NCBI GenBank assembly: GCA_040901675.1
Contig: JBBDYJ010000038.1
Location: forward strand, 1 to 64,000
Direction of reading: 5' to 3'
DNA length: 64,000 bases
Source of the DNA: Pirellulales bacterium
GTDB taxonomy: Bacteria; Planctomycetota; Planctomycetia; Pirellulales; JAICIG01
Part shown: positions 1-10,200 of the stretch, in pieces
How positions within the stretch are numbered: the stretch's first letter is position 1
Layout: each line of letters starts with the position of its first letter
The notes under the pieces: generated by a model
What the model was told of the DNA's origin: nothing
Seen by the model: only the letters and a program-made list of their open reading frames with translations
Database searches by the model: none
Made by a program: the position numbers and the translations under genes

Positions 1-1612
1 GTAACCGTTCACGGGTTCCTCGGCAAAAACTGATCTTCTTCGATCCTGGCTAGATCGGGTAGTTTGGCGGCGTCATGGACGCGACGAACGCCGAACTGGC
101 AAGACTGCGAGAGGAGAACGCAGCACTCAAAGTGCAGATCGCCGTACTGCTCGAACGAGTGGCTAGCTTGGAAGCCCAGTTGGCCGCGGCACTTAAGAAC
201 TCCGGCAACTCCTCCAAGCCCCCTTCCAGCGATATCGCCAAGCCATCGCGATCGGCAAGGAACAAAGCCAAAGGCAAGAAGGGCAAGCGCAAACGTGGCG
301 GGCAACCAGGGCATCCGCGGCACGAGCGGTCCCCGTTTGCTCCGGAAGACATCGACCAAACCTCGGACTACTCGCTCACCGCCTGCCCGGACTGCGGCGG
401 CAAGCTCATACCGGGGGACGAACCGCCCCGCGTGTTGCAGCAGGTGGAAATCGTCGCCCAGCCGATTCAGGTCACCGAACACCGCGGCCTCCCCTGTTTC
501 TGCGCCCGTTGCCAGAAAACCCACTATGCTCCGCTGCCCGACGAAGTCCGGCGGGCCGGTCTGATCGGCCCGCGACTGACGGCGGTCGTGGCCTTTCTCA
601 AGGGCGGTTGTCATTGCTCGTTCAGCACCATCCGGAAGTTTCTCCGCGACGTGGTGGGAGTGACCGTCAGCCGCGGGCAACTGCGGAAGCTGTGCGCCAA
701 GGTGGCCAACAGCCTGGAGGCGGCCTATCAGCAATTGCTGGCCCTTTTGCCGGAGCAAGATCGACTCAACGTGGATGAGACAGGGCTCAAAGAGTACACC
801 AAGCGGCTCTGGACGTGGTGCTTCCGGGCTCCGTTGTTCACCTTGTTTAAGATCGATCCTTCCCGCGGCTCGGATGTGCTGTTGGAAGTGCTGGGCCGCG
901 AGTTTAAGGGCGTGCTGGGTTGCGATTACTTCAGCGCCTACCGCAAGTACATGGGCGAGTGCTCGGTGCAGTTGCAATTCTGCCTGGCCCACCTGATCCG
1001 GGACGTGCGGTTCCTCAGCGAGCATCCCCATTCCCGCACGCGGGCCTATGGAGAACGGGTTCTTCAGGCCCTGCGTGAGCTGTTTGAGGTGATTCATCGC
1101 CGGGAAGAATACACGGCCGCTACCTTTCAGACTGCTTTGGAAAATGCGGGTGCCGAGCTGTGGGCCCAGGCCGTGTACCGCGTTCCTGGCACCAAGGAAG
1201 CCCGCAATCTGGCGAAGCGATTCAAGAAGCATGGCGAGGCTTACTTGAGATTCATCACGACGCCGGGCATCGAACCGACCAACAACCTGGCGGAACAGGC
1301 CATCCGCTTTGTGGTGATCGATCGGCAGATCACGCAGGGTCCCCGAGGCGAAGGAGGCCGGCGTTGGCTGGAGCGGGTCTGGACGACGATGGCCACGTGT
1401 GCCCAGCAAGGCCGCTCGGCGTTCGAGTTTCTGTTCGAAGCGGTCTGCCAGCACTTTCAAGGCGGTACCGCTCCCTTGTTGTTCCCCAACACTTCTTAAA
1501 ATCGAGCCGCCTCTCGGCCGATTGTTCTCCCGCCAACGTCTTCGCCCATCCTGCCGGCTCCCGCTACGCCCGTAGCCGCGGTAGAATCATGGCCAAGCCC
1601 GTGAACGGTTAC
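1..1612 (+). mobile_element. IS66-family insertion sequence (single-ORF type)
   Basis: Perfect 15-bp terminal inverted repeats GTAACCGTTCACGGG (1-15) / CCCGTGAACGGTTAC (1598-1612), with the GTAA ends typical of IS66, enclosing an IS66 transposase. The left target duplication lies outside the window. Confidence 0.92.
75..1499 (+). CDS. IS66 family DDE transposase
   Basis: N-terminal coiled coil, NSSKPPSSD, GGQPGH, CPDCGG/CARC zinc finger, DET, CDYFSAY, QFCLAHLIRD, PTNNLAEQAIR. Confidence 0.95.
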   Translation: MDATNAELARLREENAALKVQIAVLLERVASLEAQLAAALKNSGNSSKPPSSDIAKPSRSARNKAKGKKGKRKRGGQPGHPRHERSPFAPEDIDQTSDYSLTACPDCGGKLIPGDEPPRVLQQVEIVAQPIQVTEHRGLPCFCARCQKTHYAPLPDEVRRAGLIGPRLTAVVAFLKGGCHCSFSTIRKFLRDVVGVTVSRGQLRKLCAKVANSLEAAYQQLLALLPEQDRLNVDETGLKEYTKRLWTWCFRAPLFTLFKIDPSRGSDVLLEVLGREFKGVLGCDYFSAYRKYMGECSVQLQFCLAHLIRDVRFLSEHPHSRTRAYGERVLQALRELFEVIHRREEYTAATFQTALENAGAELWAQAVYRVPGTKEARNLAKRFKKHGEAYLRFITTPGIEPTNNLAEQAIRFVVIDRQITQGPRGEGGRRWLERVWTTMATCAQQGRSAFEFLFEAVCQHFQGGTAPLLFPNTS

Positions 1613-1862
1613 AATCATTATTAACATCGACGTCATGTTGGCGAAGCGGAAGATGAGCGTCACCGAGCTTACCGACAAAGTCGGCATCACGATGGCCAAC
1701 GTTTCCATCTTGAAAAACGGCAAGGCCAAGGCGATTCGGCTATCAACTCTGGAAGCGATTTGCAAAGCGTTGCAGTGCCAGCCCGGAGATATTTTGGAAT
1801 ACAGTCCCGATTTCACGCGTGTCTCAGGCGTGCCGTCGCCTCCAGCGCCGATTGCATCGTGA
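1613..1862 (+). pseudogene. Cro/CI-type HTH regulator (YozG-like), 5' end cut off by IS66
   Basis: Frame reads IIINIDVMLAKRKMSVTELTDKVGITMANVSILKNGKAKAIRLSTLEAICKALQCQPGDILEY directly after the IS end. No in-frame start before IIIN (TGA at 1602 inside the IR). Internal ATG at 1635. Confidence 0.8.
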
Positions 1863-2681
1863 TCAGGAATTAGAGCGCTTCGGTCCGACACACCGGGGGG
1901 GAGAGGATTTGAGGGAGGGACAATCAAGCGGACTTCGGGAGGAGGCGGGTCATCGTCTGGTCCCTCGATGCGGTGTTGTAGCCTAGGCGGAGATGTGCTC
2001 GAAGCAGATGAGGCGGAGGTCGTCGGGGCGGAGGGCGGGTTGGGGCTCCTTGGGAAGGGGCTGCTTGCCGAACTCGTCGGCCAACTGGGCCAGGGCCGCT
2101 AAGAGGACGGGGGCGATGAGGCGAAGGCGGACGTTCGGCAACGGTTGTTGCTGGTTCCTGGTTGCTCTGCCTTCTGCCGTCAAGGCAAAGGCAGAGAGCA
2201 AGAAAGCGGGAAGAGAACGGACGATCCGCCGGGGCGGACGTGCGGCAAGCTCGTTCCGCGGGCCTACTGACCTCTGCCTGGGCTGCAAGTCCACCTCTGG
2301 CGATCCCCCGACCACGCCGGGTGCAGAATGAGCTGCGTCCCCTTTGATTCCTCCGCCTCTGGAGGACCAAATTGTCGCCCTTGCGCTTCCGGCCGCCGCC
2401 CGCCGCCAGAGGGCGGAAGGGCGTCACGCTTTCCCCTTTCCCTCTTCTCGCGGTACGCTACTGGCTGTACGCTGTGCCGGGTGGGTGTGCAAGGAGAGCG
2501 TGTTTGAAGCGTCCCCCCGTGCCAAGAATGACCCCCGGCCTGTCGCCGCTGGTAAAAGGGAGCAACTTGACTGGGAGGGCACGCGCGTCAAAGCGCGGAG
2601 GTTGTTTGATGGTTGAGGTCATCGTGCTCCCGATTCTGCCTCCCGCGCGGAGGCGAAGCGGAAGATGAGCACGACTTTCGC

Positions 2682-3803
2682 ATGAGCAAGGCGCGCAAAA
2701 AGAGCGAGAGCCGCGGCCTGCCCGAACCGGCCGCCGACCAGGTGCCCTCGCGGACGGACTTCGACGTCGTGCTGGGGCTGATTGACGCCGCGCGGTCACG
2801 GGCTGTCGCTGCGGTCAACACGGCCTTGATCGAGCTCTACTGGACCATCGGCGAGCATATCAGCCAAAGGGTTTCGGCTGACGGTTGGGGCAAGGGGACC
2901 GTGGAAGCCCTGGCCGACCACATCCAGAGGCGACAACCAAATGCCCGAGGCTTTTCCGCCCAAAACCTCTGGCGGATGCGCCAGTTTTTCGAGACTTACC
3001 GGGAGCGGCCAATTCTCTCACCACTGGTGAGAGAATTACCGTGGACGCACAACTTGCTCATCATGAGCCGTTCGAAGCGAGATGAAGAACGGGAGTTCTA
3101 CCTGCGAATGGCCGTCCGTGAAAAATGGACCAAGCGAGAATTGGAGCGACAGCTCAACGGCGCTCTGTTCGAGCGTGTGGCCCTCTCACCGCCAAAACTC
3201 TCACCGGCGGTGCGAGAACTTCACCCCGACGCCGCCACGGTCTTCAAAGACAGTTATCTGGTCGAATTCTTGGAACTCCCTTCCGACCATTCAGAAGGTG
3301 ACCTGCAACGCGCCCTCGTCGAGAAGCTCAAGCTCTTCCTGATCGAACTCGGCCGCGACTTCTGCTTCGCCGGCAGCGAGTTTCCCGTGCAGGTCGGTGG
3401 CCGCGATTTCTCCCTCGATCTCCTGTTCTTCAACCGGGCATTGAACTGCCTGGTCGCGATCGAACTAAAGATCGAAGAGTTCCAACCCGAGCACCTTGGC
3501 AAGCTGGAGTTTTACCTGGAGGCACTCGACCGGGACGTGAAGAAGCCGCACGAGGGGCTGTCCGTTGGCGTGCTCTTGTGCGCGACGAAAGACCATGAGG
3601 TCGTGGAATATGCGCTCTCGCGAGCCATGTCGCCCGCGATTGTGGCCGAGTACCAAACGCGCCTGCCCGACAAGAAGCTGCTGCAAGCCAAGCTGCACGA
3701 GTTCTATGCGCTGGCCGAGGCGCAGGCGGCGCTGCCCGCCATCGAGTCCGCCGAGCCGATTATTGTCGAACCTAGACAGCCGAGAAAGCGGCGCAAGAAA
3801 TGA
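2682..3803 (+). CDS. YhcG/DUF1016 family PDDEXK nuclease-domain protein
   Basis: AVNTALIELYWTIG, WGKGTVEALA, GFSAQNLWRMRQF, LPWTHN, FKDSYLVEFL, FLIELGRDF, DLLFFNRALNCLVAIELKI, GKLEFYL. Start chosen at ATG 2682. Confidence 0.92.
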   Translation: MSKARKKSESRGLPEPAADQVPSRTDFDVVLGLIDAARSRAVAAVNTALIELYWTIGEHISQRVSADGWGKGTVEALADHIQRRQPNARGFSAQNLWRMRQFFETYRERPILSPLVRELPWTHNLLIMSRSKRDEEREFYLRMAVREKWTKRELERQLNGALFERVALSPPKLSPAVRELHPDAATVFKDSYLVEFLELPSDHSEGDLQRALVEKLKLFLIELGRDFCFAGSEFPVQVGGRDFSLDLLFFNRALNCLVAIELKIEEFQPEHLGKLEFYLEALDRDVKKPHEGLSVGVLLCATKDHEVVEYALSRAMSPAIVAEYQTRLPDKKLLQAKLHEFYALAEAQAALPAIESAEPIIVEPRQPRKRRKK

Positions 3804-4285
3804 GTCGGTCACTCGGCGGTTGGGCGGGGAGGTGTGCCGATGCGAGGTGCGGAGTCGCTTGCCGCGCTTGTGCGCGATTACGAGGGCCGGGGCGAGCCCC
3901 GGCTCGCCCCTTCTGTCCTGCGGCCTCCAGCCTCCGGCGTCCGGCCTTCCCCCGCCTCTGCATCTTGAAGGACCGGCTCGGCCGGATGGAGGGGCAGGTG
4001 AAGGGGTGCTTGCCGAAGGGGTGTTAACGCAGCCCGCCGCGGGACTGCATGAACGATGACGGGCAACCGTGCAGCGCCTTCCTTGTACGACGCGGCACTC
4101 GGCTTTTGCCATCACGCCGGTGTCGGCACTGCGCTACTCGATCCGCATTGCGCAGGCCGGTAGCTGGCCACGATTGGCCCGCGAAACTGGCCCCCTTTCA
4201 AGTCGCCATCGACATGCAGACCTTGCAAGGAGTTTCTAATAGCTGCGCGTCACTGGCTATTGTTGACATGGGAATGGCCTCACGC

Positions 4286-5302
4286 CTAAGTTGGATTTGC
4301 CTTCAGCCAGTCGCTTGAGAATCGCAAAAGCTCCTCGCCCTTTGCACCCGCGACGTTCACGAGTTCGGTCACTATGGCGCCACGAAAGACGATGGTCGAT
4401 CCATCATCAATTTTACCGAAGTACGGGTGTCTTGAACACAGCTTTTTGAACTCCTTGTCGGCAACGGACGCACGATGAACGATTACGTTTCTGGTGGCCG
4501 CAAGCCACCTTAGGTCTTCGGTTTCCAGTATGCCCTGGATCGTGTCTACGTCGTTCGCAAAGACGCGCTTGTATGCGTCGGCGGCGCGGTCCCTTCGTGA
4601 AAAATCCCACTTACGTTGGGCTTTCAGCAAGTCGCCCATTTGCTTTCTTGGGTCAAACGCCGGATCGCGAAGCATCCAAACTGGGACTGGAGTTCTCTTA
4701 CTTTTCTTTCGCTCGCGCTCCCCTTCCGAGTCGTCCGGCAATGGCTCCGCGTCCAGGGCAATAAACCCCAATCGGGGCCGCGCGTTGAGGCACGCAACCC
4801 ACAAATCTTCAATAAGCACCTCGAATGCGGTCCATGCGCCGGTAATTGCGGCTTGGTAAATGCTTTGAATTCCTTCCGCAATCTCGCTCTTGAACAAGGC
4901 TTGCAACGACACGTATTCGAGCAACTGAACGCCACGCATCAAACGATCGTTTTCATTTTGCCAATACCGCATTTCCTCCCACGCGAGTTTTCGCATGGCC
5001 TCATCCCGGTCACGTTTCCTTGACGGATCTTCAGACTCCTCCCTGGTGGTGGCAATCCTCCCAAAGACGGCGAGGTTGACCTGATTGAGGAGCGATTCGC
5101 GAACGGACTCGCTCCACAGGGCCCTGGGGACCACGCGCACGAGCGAGGCGACGCGATGCATATTTCCGCAGAACGCCCTTCCTGGCTCCTCCAGGGGCTC
5201 TGCTATGTCTTTTATGGCCTGGACGTCTGCGGAAGTGTAGAGCACGTCCTTGTATTCAAAATCGTTCCGGGATTTCTCGGCCGCAGAGATCGGGTCGCTC
5301 AT
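4286..5302 (-). CDS. HEPN-like (RxxxxH) protein divergent from brxA
   Basis: AITGAWTAFEVLIEDL helix and C-terminal RNVIVH. Likely start MSDPISAAEK at 5302. Visibly more AT-rich than flanks. Confidence 0.6.
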   Translation of the reverse strand: MSDPISAAEKSRNDFEYKDVLYTSADVQAIKDIAEPLEEPGRAFCGNMHRVASLVRVVPRALWSESVRESLLNQVNLAVFGRIATTREESEDPSRKRDRDEAMRKLAWEEMRYWQNENDRLMRGVQLLEYVSLQALFKSEIAEGIQSIYQAAITGAWTAFEVLIEDLWVACLNARPRLGFIALDAEPLPDDSEGERERKKSKRTPVPVWMLRDPAFDPRKQMGDLLKAQRKWDFSRRDRAADAYKRVFANDVDTIQGILETEDLRWLAATRNVIVHRASVADKEFKKLCSRHPYFGKIDDGSTIVFRGAIVTELVNVAGAKGEELLRFSSDWLKANPT

Positions 5303-5762
5303 GGCGCGTGTTCCCTCCACCGCGACAATGTATGCTGCGGAGAGGTGTGCCGCCAGCAATAGCCCCGCTTTCTGGCCGCTTGCCTGTGACCAGACTAGTC
5401 CCGCAAAACCACCCACTACCCCCGCCTGACCAGTCCGACGACCGCCAGGCCGAGAACCCGTACAGGGCGCCGCGGTCGGGCGATCAGCGAGGTTCAAGCC
5501 GCCCGCGACGACGGGCGGCTCCCTTGGCGGTCCTCTGCAGCAGGAGACGGCAGGGCACGAGCAGGCTGGGCACGCCGTTTCGCTGGTCGGCCGGCTGCCC
5601 ACGCCTTTATCCGGTCCCGGCCTTGGGCGGTCTGGCGGGGCTCTGGACGGTGTATTGCCCGCCCGCGGGGGGGTGAGCGGGGGAGTTGCTAGCTGTATAC
5701 TGTGGGGTCGTTAGATGCCCGATGAGGGAAACTTGGGCTGAAAAGGGCGTTGGAATCGAAAG

Positions 5763-6587
5763 ATGGCGATCGGGAAGCTCAAAACACGCAGGAGAGCGAC
5801 CCGGCCAGCCACCCCACTCTATTCGTCCAAAATCATCAAGGCCGGCGCCCTGCTGGCCGACACGAAGGCGCTGTTGTCGCATTGGGATGCGGCCGCAACC
5901 GTGCACGAAAACATGCAGCGAATACGCAGGCAAAACCTGTTCGGCAAGGCTTCCCGCTCGCGGGTGCAAGACATCCTGGCGATCTTCCGGCAGCGGTACC
6001 TGGCCGAGGAGGCGGTGACCCTGGCCCTGGTCGAGCTGGTCAAGGCCCGACTGCCCGGGAGCGCGCTGGACCGCATCCTGTACTTTCACGCCGCCCTGGC
6101 CGATCGGCTGCTGTACGACGTCGTGGCCGAGCTGTTGCTGCCGATGCAAGGCCGAGGGATCCAGGATATCGACGTGGGGGAGCTGCAACGGGCGTTGTCG
6201 AAGTGGGGGAGCGAGGGAAAAACGATCGGCGACTGGTCGGAAAACACGACACGGCGAGTGACGCAGGGGCTGTTGTCCACCTTGCGGGATTTTGGCGTGC
6301 TCAAAGGGGCGGCCAACAAGCGGATCGCGCCGGCGTACCTGCCGGTAGAGGCCTTCGCTTACGTGGCGTTCTACCTGAAGCAGCACCAGCCTTCGGGCGC
6401 GAAGCTGGTGGAACTGCCGGAGTGGAAGCTGTTTTTTCTGCCCCGCGAGGGGGTGGAGTGGTTCTTGATCGAAGCCCAGCAGCACGCGTTGCTGGAGTAT
6501 CACGCGGCGGGCACGGTGACCCGGCTGACATTCCCGGCGAAGACCGCCCAGGAGTATGCGCATGTCCTTGCTCAAAGATCGCATTGA
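5763..6587 (+). CDS. brxA: BREX protein BrxA (DUF1819-like)
   Basis: YSSKIIKAGALL, QNLFGKASRSR, WSENTTRRVTQGLLSTLRDFG. First gene of the brxABC-pglX-pglZ-brxL order. Confidence 0.85.
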   Translation: MAIGKLKTRRRATRPATPLYSSKIIKAGALLADTKALLSHWDAAATVHENMQRIRRQNLFGKASRSRVQDILAIFRQRYLAEEAVTLALVELVKARLPGSALDRILYFHAALADRLLYDVVAELLLPMQGRGIQDIDVGELQRALSKWGSEGKTIGDWSENTTRRVTQGLLSTLRDFGVLKGAANKRIAPAYLPVEAFAYVAFYLKQHQPSGAKLVELPEWKLFFLPREGVEWFLIEAQQHALLEYHAAGTVTRLTFPAKTAQEYAHVLAQRSH

Positions 6588-7143
6588 GCACCTGGAAGAC
6601 GACATCAGGGCGGTGCCGCCGCGGATCAGCGTGTACCACGACCTGCCGTTCGCCATCCTGCGCTACGAGCCGGAGGAGGAGTGGGAGCTGCGGCGCGAGG
6701 CCAGGCTGCTGGGGCGACGGCTGGAGGCGACCGGCAAAGAGGTCCACGTAATCCAAATGTCGGACTTCCTCTGGCAGGCGATCGACGAGAGCGAAGGCAT
6801 GGAGGCGGTGGTCGAACTGGAACGCGAGCGAGGGTATATCGCCGCCCAGGAGCAGGTGACCACGTACCTGACCGACCGCGACTGGCGGCCGCTGCCGAAA
6901 CTTTTGCTGGACCGGCTGGCAGCGCTCAACCCGGCCAAGGATATCGTGTTCTTGACACGGGTGGCCGCCATGTCGCCGGGGATCTATCACATCTCAAAAC
7001 TGTTCGACCAGGTTCAGGGCAGAACCCGCGTGATGACGGTCCTGTTCTTTCCCGGCTCGTTCGAAGGGCCGTCGGGGCTGCGGTTCATGGGCCTGCGAGA
7101 ACGCGAGTCGGTGGCCAGCTTCCGTCTGAAAATCTATGGCTAG
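6562..7143 (+). CDS. brxB: BREX protein BrxB (DUF1788-like)
   Basis: DLPFAILRYEPEEEW, VLFFPGSFEGPSGLRFMG. Overlaps the brxA end. GGAG upstream of ATG 6562. Confidence 0.85.
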   Translation: MSLLKDRIEHLEDDIRAVPPRISVYHDLPFAILRYEPEEEWELRREARLLGRRLEATGKEVHVIQMSDFLWQAIDESEGMEAVVELERERGYIAAQEQVTTYLTDRDWRPLPKLLLDRLAALNPAKDIVFLTRVAAMSPGIYHISKLFDQVQGRTRVMTVLFFPGSFEGPSGLRFMGLRERESVASFRLKIYG

Positions 7144-7145
7144 GT

Positions 7146-7197
7146 TGTCATTGGTCATTTGTTATTGGTCATTTGTCATTTGTCATTGGTCATTGGT
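7146..7197. repeat. Tandem heptamer array (TT[G/T]GTCA)n
   Basis: About 7 copies of TTGGTCA/TTTGTCA between brxB and brxC. Confidence 0.9.
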
Positions 7198-7250
7198 AAG
7201 AGCGATGGCGTCGAAGGGTTTTGAGGAATTGAAGTGACCACGGGGTGAAC

Positions 7251-10200
7251 ATGGAAACCATCGGCGAACTGTTGTCGCGAGACCTGAGCCGCAAGATCGA
7301 GGAGATTATCCAGGTCGATCAGGCGGACCAGCAAGCAGTCCATGCCGAGATTACGGAGTACATCGCGACCGACAGCATTCGCGATCAGTATGGGCAACTG
7401 CTGCGAGCGGTTGCCGAGGCGCCCAGCGAGCCGCATGAAGGGATCGGGGTTTGGATTTCCGGGTTTTTCGGGTCGGGCAAGAGCTCGTTCGCCAAGAACC
7501 TGGGCTACGCGCTCGAGAACCGCAAGGTGCTGGGCAAGAACTTTTCGGACCTGTTCAAAAAGCAAATCGACGACCGGCACGTGGATGACCTGCTCGACCT
7601 GGTCAACACCCGGATCCCGACCGAGGTAATCCTGTTCGAGGTGGCGAAAGAGCGGGACACTCGGAAGGTCACCGAGCGGATCGCGGAGTTGATGTACACC
7701 GTGCTGTTGCGCGAGCTGGACTACGCGGAGGATTTTGACGTTGCCGAGCTGGAGATCGAGCTGGAGGTGGAACGGAAGCTGGATCAGTTCGTCCAGACGT
7801 GCGAGACGCTCTACCCGGAGGGGTGGCGGATGGTCCGGAAGGGGGCCCAGAAACTTTCGCGAGCCAGCCGCGTGCTGCACGAGATCGACCCCCAGACGTA
7901 TCCGTCGGCCGATTCCTGGTCGCACGCGCAGCGCAACCGCGAGGCGGCGATCACGGTGAGCAAGGTGGTCGAGCGGACGTTCGAGCTGTGGGGGCGGCGG
8001 CGGCCGGGGAAGGCGCTGGCGTTCATCATCGACGAAGTGGGGCAGCACGTGGCCCGCAGCGGCGACAAGATCGAAGACCTGCGGGCGACGATCGAAGAGT
8101 TCGGCAAGGTCAGCAAAAACCTGCTGAAGGCCCGCAAGATCATTGCGCCTTGTTGGATCGTCGTGACGTCGCAGGAAAAGCTGGACGAGGTGGTGGCGGC
8201 CATCGATTCGAAACGGGTCGACCTGGCCAAGCTGCAAGACCGGTTCCGCTTCCGGGTGGATCTTGCTCCCTCGGATATCAGGGAAGTCGCCACGCGGCGG
8301 GTGCTGGCAAAGAGGCCGGAGGGCGAGCCGCGGCTGCGAAAGCTGTTTGCCGACAACCAAGGCAAGTTGAACGCCGCCTTGCGGCTGGAGCGGACGACCC
8401 GGCGGGCGGAGGTGAACGAGGACGATTTCGTCCAGTTTTACCCGTACGCGCCGCACTATATCGAGCTGTGCATCGGGATCATGTCGGGGATTCGGCTGCA
8501 GCCGGGAGCGCCGCGGCATTACGGGGGAAGCAACCGGACCATCATCAAGCAAGCCTACGAGATGCTCGTTTCCGAGCGCACGGCCTTCGCCAAGAAGCCG
8601 ATCGGCGCGCTGGTGACGCTGGACAAAGTGTTCGAGCTGGTGGAGGGGAATCTCTCCAACGAGAAGCGGACCGATATCCATGAGATCAGCCAGCGGTTCC
8701 AGGGAGAGAAGGGGGATTGGCCGGCGCGGGTGGCCAAGGTGATCTGCCTGCTGGAGTTTGTCCGCGACCTGCCGCGCACGGAGGCGAATATCGCCGCGTT
8801 TTTGATCGACGAGGTCGGCTGCCCGACACCGTTGGGGGAAGTCAAGACGGCCATCGAGCAGCTCCACGCGGCGAAGTTCGTCCGGAACACGGAGGACGGC
8901 TGGAAGCTGCAGACGGCGCAGGAAAAGACATGGGAAACCGAGCGGCAGGGCCACCTGGAACCCAAGCCCCGCGACCGCAACGAGATCACCCGCCAGACCG
9001 TGAAGGAGGTATTCGGCGATACGGCCTTGAAGACTTTCCGCTACCGCGACTTGCGGACGTTCCGGATCGGGCTGAGCGTGGATGGGGCCGCGATCGGCGA
9101 CGAAGGGGATCTGCCGTTGAGCTTGCGGATCGCCGACGACGGCGAGGACTTGAACCGGAAGCTGGGGGAGATGCGCGACGAAAGCCGCCAAGAAGCGCAC
9201 AAGAACGAGGTCTATTGGGGCTGCTCGCTGTCGCCGGAGATCGACGACGTGGTGGCCCACCTGCACGCCTCGCGGAAGATGGTCGAGAAGTACGACCAGA
9301 TGCGGGCGCAGAACAAGATCAGCACCGATGAGACGACTTGCCTGCAGGACGAGAAGCACAACGCCCTGGGCTACGAATCGCGGCTGCGGGACAAGCTGAC
9401 CGAGGCGATCGAGAAAGGGACCGGCATGTTCAGGGGCGTCCAGAAGGACGCCGCCGGACTGGGCAAAAACCTGGGCGAGATCTTCAAGAAGCTGTTTGCC
9501 TCGGCGGTGCCCGACCTGTATCCGAAGCTGGAAATGGGGTCTCGGCCGCTGGAGAAGGACGACCCGGAAAAGTTCCTGAAGGCCGCCGATCTGAAAGCGC
9601 TGCCCCAAGTGTTCTACGAGGGGGAAAAAGGGCTGGGGCTCGTGGTCAAGGACGGCGCCAAGCTGGTGCTGAACACCAATGCGGCGGTGGCCAAGGAGGT
9701 GTTTGACTACCTGGCGGCCGAGCACGGGTACGGGAACAAGGAGAGCCGCACCGGCAAGGCGCTGGAGCGGCGGTTCGGCGGCATTGGCTATGGGTGGGAG
9801 CGGGACGTGCTGCGGCTGATCCTGGCCGTATTGTTCCGGTCCGGCGCGATCGAGGTGACCTACCAGGGGAACCGGTTCCACAACTACCAGGATCCGGTGT
9901 CGCGGACGCCGTTTGCGAACAACGTCGCTTTCCGCTCGTCGCTGTTCTCGCCGCGCCAGTCGGTCGGGCTTAAGACGCTGACCACGGCCGTGCAGCAGCT
10001 CGAGGACATCACCGGCGAGGAGGTGGACGTCGAGGAGGGGGCGATCGCGGCGGCCTTCAAAAAGGTGGCCGGGGAGGAGCTGGAGAAGCTGCACCCGCTC
10101 AAGGCGCTGGCCGAGGCGCACGAGCTGCCCATTCGGCCGTTGCTGACCGAGTATCAGCAGACGCTGCTGGGGATCCAGGCCTCGGCGTCGGACGACTGCG

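Noticed and set aside
1924..2668. ORFs between the HTH gene and DUF1016, e.g. 1983-2315 minus
   Set aside because: Part of it (LAALAQLADEFG...DLRLICFEHI) looks like a gene remnant, but I cannot assign a family or a credible start.
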